Notes: generated by a model not told the origin, from the letters alone. Shown: positions 16,840 through 25,963, counted from the first letter of the stretch. The stretch: DNA of 64,000 nt from an uncultured Chitinophagaceae bacterium (GCA_964571705.1 CAZNDJ010000001.1:107660-171659), one strand, 5' to 3'. Made by a program: numbers and translations.

Positions 16840-17120
16840 CAGAATGCCTCCCTCTTGTTTTTGCCGATGAATTCAAGCACCGAGTGGCGGTCGAAGAGCA
16901 CCACCTTCCTGCTCACCTGCGAGTAGGCAATCTTCCCTTCCGCCTTCAGCTCCCAGAGGGTCGTGCGGCTCCTGATGTTGAGGAGCTCCATGCACTCATC
17001 GGCGGATATCCAGCGCTCCGCCCTTTCGAGCCTGTACGTGTCGGTGATATGCTCCACGACCCGGTCGAGGAGCTCGTAGAAGGCGTCGGAGTTGAGGCAG
17101 ATGGGTTTCGATGAAGTCAT
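16839..17120 (-). CDS. Excisionase-family helix-turn-helix DNA-binding protein (HTH_17-like)
   Basis: WISADECMELLNIRSRTTLWELKAEGKIAYSQVSRKVVLFDRHSVLEFI matches the MerR-superfamily excisionase-type HTH common in Bacteroidota mobile elements. Start trimmed to ATG 17120; 17144 is TTG. Confidence 0.7.
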   Translation of the reverse strand: MTSSKPICLNSDAFYELLDRVVEHITDTYRLERAERWISADECMELLNIRSRTTLWELKAEGKIAYSQVSRKVVLFDRHSVLEFIGKNKREAF

Positions 17121-17180
17121 AACAAAGGGATGCAGGACACCCAATTTTCCATAACTTCCAGCATTCTTTATTAGGGAGCG

Positions 17181-17188
17181 CTACCTTT
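17181..17188 (+). promoter_or_regulatory. Bacteroidota-type -7 box (TAnnTTTG) upstream of vsr
   Basis: TACCTTTG at 17181-17188, 7 nt before the vsr ATG (17195). This implies a near-leaderless transcript. Confidence 0.35.
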
Positions 17189-17194
17189 GTTGAT

Positions 17195-17620
17195 ATGGAT
17201 AAGATTTCCAAAGATAAAAGAAGCTTTGTGATGTCCCGCATTACAAAGAAGGATACCAAACCCGAATTGGTTTTGCGGAAAGCCCTTTTCAGTTTGGGGC
17301 TGAGATACAGGCTGCACGCTCATAAGATGCCTGGAAATCCGGACCTCGTCCTAAAGAAGTACAACACCGTTATCTTCATAAATGGCTGTTTCTGGCATAT
17401 GCACGAGAAATGTAGGCTGGGAAAACTGCCAAAGAGCAATCTAGCTTACTGGGGACCGAAATTGACAGGGAACGTCAGGAGAGATGGGCTAAACTATCAA
17501 AAACTGAGAGAACTTGGGTGGAGAGTGCTCATAGCATGGGAATGCGAAATCAAGCAGGCTCCCCAAACCGTGGCGCATAGGATATATACAGCGCTTGAAT
17601 CAGGGGCTCCCTCAATTTAG
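17195..17620 (+). CDS. vsr: Very short patch repair endonuclease
   Basis: Collinear with E. coli Vsr: MSRITKKDTKPE..PGNPDLVLKKYNTVIFINGCFWHMHEKC..YWGPKLTGNVRRD..LRELGWRVLIAWECEI. Confidence 0.9.
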   Translation: MDKISKDKRSFVMSRITKKDTKPELVLRKALFSLGLRYRLHAHKMPGNPDLVLKKYNTVIFINGCFWHMHEKCRLGKLPKSNLAYWGPKLTGNVRRDGLNYQKLRELGWRVLIAWECEIKQAPQTVAHRIYTALESGAPSI

Positions 17621-18436
17621 CTTCGCCTCGCACCATGCGGCCGTCTCCGTTAAGAGGTCCTTGGGAATCCTCTTGCTACAGTCTGCATGTATTCGATACA
17701 GCCGAGCGCGATCAATTAGGACACCGAACTTGTCCGCGTACTTACGCCACTTGTCCGGATTGACTATCTGGGTCGTTATCATTGATGGGACCGTTGTTTC
17801 GTAATTCCAATTTATATAGTGGTTCCAAGTGGGAAGGGAGATGGGGCTCTTTTCCTTCCAATCATCACCTGCGCCGCACTGCGCAAGAATGATAATTTGG
17901 CTCGATCGAACATCATTAAAAGGGGTCCAGGAAATGACGTCCACTGCGCTGTCCTTCTCGTCGTAATGCGGAGTTATGCCACCCCGTGTTTCGTGCATAA
18001 GCCCCGCCACACTATCCAAGGATGTATTCAGAGCTGCCCCTACAGGGAAACCGAGATGGTAGGTCTCCGAGCGGAAGAATTCCTTAAGCAATACGTTGCC
18101 TATCTGCTCGAAAAGCCTAGTGCCTACATCACCTCTGGTTTGTACCCCGTACGTAGAAAAAATCAGACAGAGCGTGTACAGAGGGTTTGCCCTCCACTTG
18201 ATCCTAGGCCTGATGGTGACCCCAGAAACCTCCACAGGCGACTTTGGGCCATACAATTGAATCCGCCTCGCCAACTCCCCGAGGACGTCATCCATCTTGC
18301 TTTCGAGGTCAATCCCGTCCTCGTCAAACAGGTTCTGCACCTTCATCTTGGAGATGCTTTTGTTTTCCGTAATTACATAAAGCTCCACCCAATCGGATAC
18401 GGTCCTTACGCTTATGCTGTTAGGAAAAGGGATCAT
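17612..18436 (-). CDS. Uncharacterised 274-aa protein, last gene of the dcm operon; possible nuclease
   Basis: Starts 4 nt after the ParB-fold gene stop. The segment DSAVDVISWTPFNDVRSSQIIILAQCGAG is reminiscent of the Mrr-type D..(Q/E)xK core but lacks the Lys. The functional call is weak. Confidence 0.4.
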   Translation of the reverse strand: MIPFPNSISVRTVSDWVELYVITENKSISKMKVQNLFDEDGIDLESKMDDVLGELARRIQLYGPKSPVEVSGVTIRPRIKWRANPLYTLCLIFSTYGVQTRGDVGTRLFEQIGNVLLKEFFRSETYHLGFPVGAALNTSLDSVAGLMHETRGGITPHYDEKDSAVDVISWTPFNDVRSSQIIILAQCGAGDDWKEKSPISLPTWNHYINWNYETTVPSMITTQIVNPDKWRKYADKFGVLIDRARLYRIHADCSKRIPKDLLTETAAWCEAKLN

Positions 18437-18440
18437 GTGT

Positions 18441-19625
18441 TTAGAAATTTTTCTTCAGTTCCTCCGCGGCCAAAATCACGGTATCTACGAGTTGGACCAT
18501 TTCTTTGGACTTGTGCTTGTACGCTATGCTCATCGCGCTTTCCAACTTTTTACGCGCATCGTTTATCCTCTTTACCAGCATATCCTTTTCGCCGTCGCAC
18601 CTGTCGTATGCACCCTCGAAGTCTCCATTTGCAATTAAGTAGTCGGTCGCCTCCTCGCTTAGGAGGATCTTTCCCAGATTCGGGATATGCCTTGAATCGG
18701 TGAACAGGGGCTGGATATTCTTCTTTTTGTTACCATATATCCAAGTGAGTACGCGCTCCAATTCTTCGTTCTTATTGCTAGGGACGACACGCTTAGTAAA
18801 ATCAATCTTCTTATGGAAACTGGCATCATCACCTAAGCCTATATATCTTCTTATGCCTGGTGCGCGGATCGCTACCTCGATAAGGGAAAAATTCCTCCTG
18901 ACAGGCTCCACGTCGAAGTCCAAGTCGCTCTCTACAATTTTAGAAAGGCGGTAATAGAAGTAGTGTTTTATGACAGTATCGGACCTCCTCAGTGCAACCT
19001 GCTTTTGCACGTCTTCGAAGGCTGCACCGTAGTCCTTCTTGCGCTCATAGATTTCCTCGATCCTCTTGGACACGTAAAAGACTCTTGGATAAAAGTCCCA
19101 CTTTTTCGATCCGGAAATGTGCCTAACCCCCAGATAGGGCGTTACCTCGTTGCGATTCTCATAAAATATTGCAGGTATCTGTGCAAGATCCTTAAGCGCG
19201 GCAGCCGATGCACGCGGGAAATCCGTGGAAACTCCGACCTGCTTCCTAATAGAGGCATCAGTTAAAATCTTTAGAGTTGCCGTCCTCCGATTTCCCTCTA
19301 CCACCGTAAGCTGAATCTCTCCCTTGTTGATGAGGCTTTGCAGGTAAGTCTGCTGCTGCTCGATGTCTTTCGGCAAGGCGAAACCCTTCGGCTTGGTCTT
19401 CGGCACGACGACTATAGGCTCCTCGTCAAAATAGCCGTTTTCGGCCATGGAAAAGGCGAGTTCCTCAATGTCGAAATCCGTATATAACGTGTCCAACAAA
19501 TCGAGTTGCGTGGCCGCCTTTCCGTCCTTGGCAAGACGCGGGTTTTCGGAATCGAGATTCAAAAGCGTAACGGGGACATTAAGCTGGGGGCGTTTCCTTC
19601 CTTTACCCGCTATCTCTTTCGCCAT
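18441..19625 (-). CDS. ParB/Sulfiredoxin-fold N-terminal domain protein (394 aa)
   Basis: LNLDSENPRL and TVVEGNRRTATLKIL (GNRR at about 19295-19284) correspond to ParB N-terminal box I/II-like motifs. The long helical C-terminal part has no motif I recognise. Confidence 0.65.
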   Translation of the reverse strand: MAKEIAGKGRKRPQLNVPVTLLNLDSENPRLAKDGKAATQLDLLDTLYTDFDIEELAFSMAENGYFDEEPIVVVPKTKPKGFALPKDIEQQQTYLQSLINKGEIQLTVVEGNRRTATLKILTDASIRKQVGVSTDFPRASAAALKDLAQIPAIFYENRNEVTPYLGVRHISGSKKWDFYPRVFYVSKRIEEIYERKKDYGAAFEDVQKQVALRRSDTVIKHYFYYRLSKIVESDLDFDVEPVRRNFSLIEVAIRAPGIRRYIGLGDDASFHKKIDFTKRVVPSNKNEELERVLTWIYGNKKKNIQPLFTDSRHIPNLGKILLSEEATDYLIANGDFEGAYDRCDGEKDMLVKRINDARKKLESAMSIAYKHKSKEMVQLVDTVILAAEELKKNF

Positions 19626-19680
19626 TATTATTGATTTATTGTAATGTAATAATAGCGAAAAAAGAAGTAAACCTCAGTTA

Positions 19681-21012
19681 CTATGCTAATGCCCTTACAG
19701 CCGGCACTGTGTGAAGTTCCATCGTGGCAGCCAATTGCTGGGCCTCTTGAATTAATTGGCTCGCGATTATCCTAACGATTTTGGAATTGACGGCGTTACC
19801 CAAGGCGCGAAACGCCGCGTTGTCGTTTACAGGAAGGGTCAAACCTTCCAATGACTGTAACCTTTGGCCCTCCTCCCTTGTTATATATCTATCTTGCCAG
19901 CCAATAATCGGAATTTGCGTGTTGGTGCATACAAGCGAAGGAAAGAAATCTACCTTCTTTACACGGATACCTGACGCCCTGAACTGAATAATATATTTTT
20001 TTATTATCCTTTCCCCCTCCCCCACGTTCCATTCGAGCTTCTGCCAACTCTGAGAGGGGTATTTCGAGAGTTGCTTAACCACGTCCTGAACGTGCATTTT
20101 ATTATCCTGATAAAATTCCCTGTTTAATCTTATATACTTCCTTTTCCATGCGGGAAAGGCCTTTTTTACGCGCGCGTAGCTTGGCAGGTTATCTATCTGC
20201 AGCGACTTAGGCATGCCCTTCAGGCTAATGCCGAAATTCCCCCGGAATCCCCCCAGATCGTTAGCCGACAACTTGGTTGGGAAACCTTGCTCATACGGAT
20301 ATGTCGCGCCGAACTCCATTCCCCAGATGGGAAATCCAGGGAGTTTAGTGTCGGCGGGAATCTGAGAAATAAACTGCTGCCACAATTCAAGACACCTTTG
20401 ATTAGCTGCCGGAAGACCGCGAAACCTTTGGGGATTCAAGTCGATGAAACTGTGTATGTCAACGACGCTGTCTTTATGCTCATTTATGATATCAAAGCTG
20501 AAGTGGTCCAGCCCCTCTGTGCATCCGACAATGAAAACCCTTTCCCTATGCTGCGGCACTCCGAAATCCTGCGGCGAATACACCTCATGGTCAACCTCGT
20601 AGCCCAATTCGATCAGTTCTGCCTGCATCTGATTCCATGTCTCCTCGTTATCATGCTGCCGGATAAAGGGCACGTTCTCCAATATGAAATACTTGGGCCT
20701 GCGATGTCGAAGTACTTTTACTATCTCGTCAAATAATGTGCCCCTATCTTTATCGTTCCGCCCAGCCTGTTTGCCTGCTTTTGAGAACGGCTGGCAAGGA
20801 AAGCCAGCGCACAAAATGTCGTGTGGCGGTATTTGGTCTATGTTTTCGTCAATAACCTTTCTGATATCGCCGTGAGGCATAACCCCCCAATTTTCAGAGT
20901 ACGTATGCCTCAACACCTGATCAACCTCACTTGCGAAGACGCATTGATGACCGAGTTCATGGAGCGCCTTATGAAATCCGCCCAACCCCGCAAATAAGTC
21001 TATAAATCTCAT
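19681..21012 (-). CDS. dcm: DNA (cytosine-5)-methyltransferase
   Basis: Motif I FIDLFAGLGGF, IV GFPCQPFSKAG (PCQ about 20799-20791), VI ENVPF, VIII QHRERVFIVG and X GNAVN, in canonical order. The variable region between VIII and IX/X is long (about 230 aa). Start trimmed to ATG 21012. Confidence 0.9.
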   Translation of the reverse strand: MRFIDLFAGLGGFHKALHELGHQCVFASEVDQVLRHTYSENWGVMPHGDIRKVIDENIDQIPPHDILCAGFPCQPFSKAGKQAGRNDKDRGTLFDEIVKVLRHRRPKYFILENVPFIRQHDNEETWNQMQAELIELGYEVDHEVYSPQDFGVPQHRERVFIVGCTEGLDHFSFDIINEHKDSVVDIHSFIDLNPQRFRGLPAANQRCLELWQQFISQIPADTKLPGFPIWGMEFGATYPYEQGFPTKLSANDLGGFRGNFGISLKGMPKSLQIDNLPSYARVKKAFPAWKRKYIRLNREFYQDNKMHVQDVVKQLSKYPSQSWQKLEWNVGEGERIIKKYIIQFRASGIRVKKVDFFPSLVCTNTQIPIIGWQDRYITREEGQRLQSLEGLTLPVNDNAAFRALGNAVNSKIVRIIASQLIQEAQQLAATMELHTVPAVRALA

Positions 21013-21110
21013 TATCCCCTCTTGTTCAAATCGGCAATTTATGGAATTTCCGCCAACAAACCGGAGAATGGCGAAAGTCACATAGTCACTTACTTGCAAC
21101 ATACTTGCAA

Positions 21111-21148
21111 ATAAAAAAGCGGTCAGGACTATTCGTCGCTAACCGCTT
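21111..21148 (-). terminator. Rho-independent terminator downstream of tRNA-Met
   Basis: Minus strand reads AAGCGGT-(18 nt)-ACCGCTT followed by TTTTTTATTT. It lies immediately 3' of the tRNA. Confidence 0.5.
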
Positions 21149-21155
21149 CATTTTG

Positions 21156-21232
21156 TGGTGGTCCCGCCTGGGATCGAACCAGGGACCCTCTGATTATGAG
21201 TCAGATGCTCTAACCGTCTGAGCTACAAGACC
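21156..21232 (-). tRNA. tRNA with CAT anticodon (Met; initiator or lysidine-Ile2 identity not resolved)
   Basis: Hand-folded cloverleaf. Acceptor GGTCTTG/CGGGACC (two G-U pairs), D arm GCTC-AGACGGTTA-GAGC, anticodon arm TCTGA-CTCATAA-TCAGA (anticodon at 21196-21198), T arm CCTGG-TTCGATC-CCAGG, encoded CCA. Confidence 0.9.
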
Positions 21233-21281
21233 GTCCCTCATTGGGGAGTGCAAATATAAAAATTCTGAGGATTTCTATAAG

Positions 21282-21626
21282 CTATTTTTTTATCAATTCC
21301 TCCCAATACTCGGCAGCGCGGCGGGTATGTGGGATCACTATAGAGCCACCTACCAGATTGGCTATGGCAAATACTTCGTACATCTCTTCGGTACTTACGC
21401 CTTCTTCATGGCTCTTGCCGAGATGATACTTGATACAGTCATCGCAGCGGAGTACCATAGAGGCTATGAGGCCTAGCAGCTCCTTAGTTTTGGATGGTAG
21501 CGCGCCGTCGGCATAGGCCTGATTGTCCAGGCTCCAGAAGCGTTTCAGCACCAGGTTATCCTTCGCCAGGATCACTTCATTCATCCTGGTGCGATAGTCG
21601 TTAAAATCATTTATGAGTTCTGACAT
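21282..21626 (-). CDS. Carboxymuconolactone decarboxylase / AhpD-like family protein
   Basis: CxxC motif in LRCDDCIKYHLGKS. Size and helical pattern are typical of the AhpD-like family. Confidence 0.75.
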   Translation of the reverse strand: MSELINDFNDYRTRMNEVILAKDNLVLKRFWSLDNQAYADGALPSKTKELLGLIASMVLRCDDCIKYHLGKSHEEGVSTEEMYEVFAIANLVGGSIVIPHTRRAAEYWEELIKK

Positions 21627-21779
21627 ACAATAAGTTTTTTAGGGTTTCGTCCTCTGATATATGCTAATGTATAAAGAACCCTGCAATTTGCTGGCTCTTA
21701 TCTCTCCAGCCATTCTGTGAAAGGATATCTATCGGGTTTATTTGCTATTTTACATCATCAAACCAAAACACAATCATAC

Positions 21780-22358
21780 ATGAAAAGCATCATCAGGCTC
21801 CTGAGTATCATGATAGTAGCAGCATCGCTCTCATCTTGTGGCTACAACTCTATGGTAGAAAAACGCGAGGCAGTCTCGCGTGAGTGGGCCAATGTAGAAT
21901 CTGCCTATCAGCGCCGCGCAGACCTGGTACCCAATCTGGTCAATACGGTGAAAGGCCAGGCCAACTTTGAGCAGCAAACGCTCACCCAGGTGATCGAGGC
22001 GCGTGCCAAGGCTACCAGTGTGCAGGTAGATGCCAGCAAGCTCTCCGAGGAGGATATCAAAAAATTTCAGGCAGCCCAAGATGAGCTGAAGGGCTCTCTC
22101 TCTCGCCTGCTGGTGACAGTAGAGCAATATCCCGACCTGAAGGCTAATCAAGGCTTTATGGAGCTGCAAGCGCAACTGGAAGGTACTGAGAACCGTATCA
22201 ATACGGAGCGCAACCGCTTTAATGAATCTGTAAATGACTACAACGCCTACATAGGCCAGTTTCCTGCTGTGCTGACGGCCAAGATGTTTGGCTTCACACC
22301 TAAGGGATACTTCCAGGCGGAGGCTGGTAGTGAGAAAGCACCTACGGTCAAATTCTAA
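21780..22358 (+). CDS. lemA: LemA family protein
   Basis: Signal/TM MKSIIRLLSIMIVAASLSSCGYNSMV. The motifs WANVESAYQRRADLVPNLV and YPDLKAN..F..LQ..LEGTENRI are LemA hallmarks. Start trimmed from GTG 21717. Confidence 0.85.
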   Translation: MKSIIRLLSIMIVAASLSSCGYNSMVEKREAVSREWANVESAYQRRADLVPNLVNTVKGQANFEQQTLTQVIEARAKATSVQVDASKLSEEDIKKFQAAQDELKGSLSRLLVTVEQYPDLKANQGFMELQAQLEGTENRINTERNRFNESVNDYNAYIGQFPAVLTAKMFGFTPKGYFQAEAGSEKAPTVKF

Positions 22359-22369
22359 AAAAGGCTCCA

Positions 22370-22807
22370 GTGTTTTTCAAAAAACATTTCTTCTCCTCAT
22401 CAGAGCGGAGACTGCTAGTAGAGGCTATCAAGCGTGCAGAAAAGCTGACCTCAGGTGAGATCCGCGTGCATGTGGAGCCTCGCTGCCCGGGTGCTGTACT
22501 AGACCGTGCAGCAGACGTCTTTCACATGCTGGAAATGCAGAAGACAGTCCTGCGAAACGGAGTACTGATCTACCTGGCCTGGGAGGACCGCAAGCTAGCA
22601 GTGATCGGAGATAAAGGTATCAACGAAGTAGTGCCAGCAGATTTCTGGGATGGCACGGTAGAAAAAATGACTGCTCTTTTCCGCCAGCAGAAATATGTAG
22701 ACGGTGTAGCGCATGGCATAGATGAAGCAGGAAAACAACTTACCAGATACTTTCCCTACTATGCCGGAGATAAAAACGAACTGAGCAATGACATCAGCCA
22801 AGGATAA
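22370..22807 (+). CDS. TPM-domain protein (TLP18.3/Psb32/MOLO-1 family)
   Basis: The segment AIKRAEKLTSGEIRVHVE is typical. Part of the conserved LemA-TPM-TPM triad. Confidence 0.75.
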   Translation: MFFKKHFFSSSERRLLVEAIKRAEKLTSGEIRVHVEPRCPGAVLDRAADVFHMLEMQKTVLRNGVLIYLAWEDRKLAVIGDKGINEVVPADFWDGTVEKMTALFRQQKYVDGVAHGIDEAGKQLTRYFPYYAGDKNELSNDISQG

Positions 22808-23612
22808 TCACGCATCTGGTCAGATCACAGCCGTACTTAGACGCGGATGGTCAGCTATATGTCTGGTAGTAGTACTGATACTTGGTCAGTCTGCCTATGC
22901 TCAGGACATCAAGCTGCCCGGGCGCCCTGATCCCCCCCGGCTGGTCAATGACTACGCTGGTATGCTCAGTGGCGAAGATGCCGGCGCTCTGGAGGCCAGG
23001 CTGGTGCAATATGAGAAAGAGACATCTACCCAGATAGCAGTAGTGATCATCACCACGCTGGGCGGCGCTGATCGCGCTCAGTACGCCACAGAGCTGATAC
23101 ATGAGTGGGGCATAGGGCAGAAAGACAAAGACAATGGGATCCTGCTGCTCATAGCTAAAGAAGACCGCAGCATGTTTCTCGGTACAGGCCGGGGAGTAGA
23201 GGGCGCTCTGCCCGATGCCATCTGCAAACGTATCACAGAGTACACGATCAAACCCAAATTTAAAGAAGGCGATTATGCGGGCGGTATCAACGCTGGTATA
23301 GATGATATACAGGCCGCACTCAAGGGCGAATTTAAAAATGATGAACCGCAATCGGAGCCATTTCATTTCGATTTAGGCTGGCTCATTTTGATAGCTATTA
23401 TCATCCTTATTATTATATCCTTCTTCGGAGGAGGCAATAATGGCCGTACTTATTCCAGTTCGGGGTCATCTATACCGTGGTTTCTCCTGGGAGCCCTGAC
23501 GAGTAGTGGTCGCAGCAGTAGCGGAGGTGATAGCTGGGGAGGAGGCGGTGGTAGTTTTGGTGGCTTCGGCGGCGGCGATAGCGGTGGTGGTGGAGCGGGC
23601 AGCAACTGGTAG
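22788..23612 (+). CDS. TPM-domain membrane protein (YgcG-like) with Gly-rich tail
   Basis: VNDYAGMLS..LE..L..YEKETSTQIAVVII, then a TM segment and the tail GGGGSFGGFGGGDSGGGGAG. Confidence 0.8.
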   Translation: MTSAKDNHASGQITAVLRRGWSAICLVVVLILGQSAYAQDIKLPGRPDPPRLVNDYAGMLSGEDAGALEARLVQYEKETSTQIAVVIITTLGGADRAQYATELIHEWGIGQKDKDNGILLLIAKEDRSMFLGTGRGVEGALPDAICKRITEYTIKPKFKEGDYAGGINAGIDDIQAALKGEFKNDEPQSEPFHFDLGWLILIAIIILIIISFFGGGNNGRTYSSSGSSIPWFLLGALTSSGRSSSGGDSWGGGGGSFGGFGGGDSGGGGAGSNW

Positions 23613-23630
23613 TATAAATCATAAAGCATA

Positions 23631-24257
23631 ATGAACGAGCATTTGAAATTTCAACTCCATCCATGGCATGGCGTATCTATAGGCGAGAAAGCTCCCGAGA
23701 CCTGTACCTGCTTTATAGAAATAGTACCCACAGATACTATCAAATATGAGATAGACAAACCATCAGGCATACTGAAAGTGGATCGCCCCCAGCAGTTCTC
23801 AAATGTATTCCCCGCCCTATATGGTTTCCTCCCGCAGACATTCTGTGATATAGAGGTAGGCAACTACTGTATGGAGAAGACTGGCCGCACCGGTGTGATA
23901 GGCGATCAGGATCCTCTGGATATCATCGTGCTCACTGAGAAGATCATAGCACGCGGTGGTATACTGGTACAGGCTATGCCTATAGGCGGTTTTCGCATGA
24001 TAGATCAAAATCAGGCAGATGACAAGATCATAGCTATCATGAAAGGCGATGAAGTTTACGGCAGCTGGAAAGATATCTCTGATGTGAACGAAGCAGTCCT
24101 GACCAGGCTAAAGCACTATTTCCTGACCTACAAAAAAAACCCCAATGAAGATGCTAACCGTGTGCAGATAGATGCCATATACGGACGAGAGGAAGCATTT
24201 GAGGTGATACGCAGGAGCCAGACAGACTACCGTCATAAATATATAGATGTCGATTGA
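23631..24257 (+). CDS. ppa: Inorganic pyrophosphatase (family I)
   Basis: IEIVPTDTIKYEIDKPSG..KVDR, YGFLPQT and GDQDPLDIIVL motifs. Confidence 0.8.
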   Translation: MNEHLKFQLHPWHGVSIGEKAPETCTCFIEIVPTDTIKYEIDKPSGILKVDRPQQFSNVFPALYGFLPQTFCDIEVGNYCMEKTGRTGVIGDQDPLDIIVLTEKIIARGGILVQAMPIGGFRMIDQNQADDKIIAIMKGDEVYGSWKDISDVNEAVLTRLKHYFLTYKKNPNEDANRVQIDAIYGREEAFEVIRRSQTDYRHKYIDVD

Positions 24258-24747
24258 CATGCGTGAGCGCTTCATCTACGTTGCACTTTTGCTGACAGCC
24301 TTGGGAGTCGCTGCTTTTTTTTATAAGAGATACCATGTGCCGCCCCATGTAGATATCCCATCTATAGCTGTTACGGACCTTAGTGGGCAGCCTATATCGC
24401 TGTCTGCCTATAGGGGTCGGCCACTATTCCTTTCTTTTTTTGCTAGCTGGTGCGGCCCATGCATGAGAGAGATGCCGGACCTGGCAGCGCTACACGATAC
24501 CCTGCGCGAAAAAAAACTAAGCATCATTTGTATCTCTGATGACCCAATGGAGAAGCTCCAAACGCTCCAGGCTATCTATGGAGATAGGCTGACCTTTCTA
24601 CATACAGCCAGCCTGCATGATATCGGTATCTATACGTATCCTACCAACTACATCTACGATGCCTTGGGTCGAAAAATTTATGATCAGGTAAATCCTGATC
24701 ACTGGACAGATCCTGCCCTCATCAAAAACATAAAGCAATCGCTCTGA
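24247..24747 (+). CDS. TlpA-like thiol-disulfide oxidoreductase
   Basis: N-terminal TM segment. SFFASWCGPCMREMPDL contains the CxxC thioredoxin motif. Confidence 0.8.
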   Translation: MSIDMRERFIYVALLLTALGVAAFFYKRYHVPPHVDIPSIAVTDLSGQPISLSAYRGRPLFLSFFASWCGPCMREMPDLAALHDTLREKKLSIICISDDPMEKLQTLQAIYGDRLTFLHTASLHDIGIYTYPTNYIYDALGRKIYDQVNPDHWTDPALIKNIKQSL

Positions 24748-24750
24748 ATG

Positions 24751-25833
24751 TCAGGACAACCACTTGTGAAACCACAGCTCCACTGACGCAGTACGAAAGT
24801 CAATAGACTGGTGCATCCGCTGGGTCATGATATTACGGCCCTGCGTAGCTGATGTCACGCGGCGTATTCCCCTCTCCTGCACGTTGATATTGATCACATG
24901 GCGAAAGAGCTTTCGGCCAAGTCCACCACCCTGAAACTTCTCATTGAATGCCCCTAATCCAAACATGGCTTCACCATTTTCCAGATACCTGAATGTGGCA
25001 AATCCAACCGGAGTATCACCCAGAAATATGCAATAACAGATATGATCGAATGTTCCCCGCACTGCTTTCTCCACCCACGTACGGTAGAAATCACTCACTC
25101 TGGCCCGGTCAAATCCGCCATCGTAATAATAACGACTGATTTTATAGAGGTCTTTACTGATATTATGCAGCTCTGGTATATGTCTCTCTTCTGCCACGCC
25201 ATAGGTCATGCCTTCGGGCAGTGGGTCCAGAGGCAAAACATTACCCTTTATGTCAAAGTCTATCCTGATATCTGTGAGGTGAAATCCCGCCTTCTCAGCT
25301 GCCACGAGGTGCTTCTGGTCCTCGCAGTCGCAGAGATACTCCAGAAACTTTATATCATTCTTCCGTGCATAGGCTTCCACTCTGTATGCAATATTTGGCG
25401 AAATGGTTTTAGCCTTGATGTTTCCGATCCCAAAGCCCCAGAACTCCGTATCCCATGGCAGTTTCTTCACTAGCCGGGATAGCGTATCAAAATCAAATTG
25501 GGGATTTTGCAGAGAGCAAGCTGCAGTACCATAGTGCGCAGAGTTGTCATTAGCCAGATGATCTATGACAATATCAGCCAGACCGGTGTAGCGCTCCAGT
25601 CTCCCAAACGTGATGGATATTACCTTCTGATCTGACAGTAGCTGGTACAGTTCTTTGCTCAGGCCACAAGAGATCACTACATCCGCCTGTGCATGACTGA
25701 GCAGGCGCGCATTCAGCTCCGATACATCATATGATTCTACGGTGTGATCCAGAGACCGTATGAGGTCATAGGCACCTTGCAACTCGGCTGCATACACATC
25801 ATCTTCAGTCGCCCTGATCACTATTCTTTTCAT
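24751..25833 (-). CDS. GNAT acetyltransferase with WecD-like (dTDP-fucosamine acetyltransferase) C-terminal half and an extra N-terminal domain
   Basis: LPWDTEFWGFGIG resembles the WecD N-terminus. GNAT motif A is GGGLGRKLF. Sits beside wecE in the locus. Confidence 0.6.
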   Translation of the reverse strand: MKRIVIRATEDDVYAAELQGAYDLIRSLDHTVESYDVSELNARLLSHAQADVVISCGLSKELYQLLSDQKVISITFGRLERYTGLADIVIDHLANDNSAHYGTAACSLQNPQFDFDTLSRLVKKLPWDTEFWGFGIGNIKAKTISPNIAYRVEAYARKNDIKFLEYLCDCEDQKHLVAAEKAGFHLTDIRIDFDIKGNVLPLDPLPEGMTYGVAEERHIPELHNISKDLYKISRYYYDGGFDRARVSDFYRTWVEKAVRGTFDHICYCIFLGDTPVGFATFRYLENGEAMFGLGAFNEKFQGGGLGRKLFRHVININVQERGIRRVTSATQGRNIMTQRMHQSIDFRTASVELWFHKWLS

Positions 25834-25955
25834 ATATCTTCCTGGTTTATATAAATTATATTATAACATTAATCACATCGACAATGCGTACATATATAAA
25901 AATCAGCCATGCGCGCTATGGTAGCGCAAATACAGGGCACATTCTTTTATTTTGC

Positions 25956-25963
25956 TACATTTG
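25956..25963 (+). promoter_or_regulatory. Bacteroidota-type -7 box (TAnnTTTG) upstream of wzm
   Basis: TACATTTG, 30 nt upstream of in-frame GTG 25993. It lies inside the long track version of the ORF, which argues for the shorter start. Confidence 0.3.

Noticed and set aside
17819-18703. Plus-strand 294-aa ORF spanning the junction of the 274-aa gene and the ParB-fold gene.
   Set aside because: It is antisense to two well-formed adjacent genes. It is Pro/Arg-rich, has no motif and crosses their 4-nt intergenic gap.
21717-21779. N-terminal extensions in the ORF track: LemA 21717, GT2 31215, dcm 21102, HTH 17144, transposase 59306, YfhO-like 56061 and lipoprotein 12653.
   Set aside because: These extensions start at TTG or GTG, which the track renders as M, and they overlap upstream genes or the promoter box. 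Internal ATGs give canonical N-termini (signal peptides, motif I, overlap-coupled starts).
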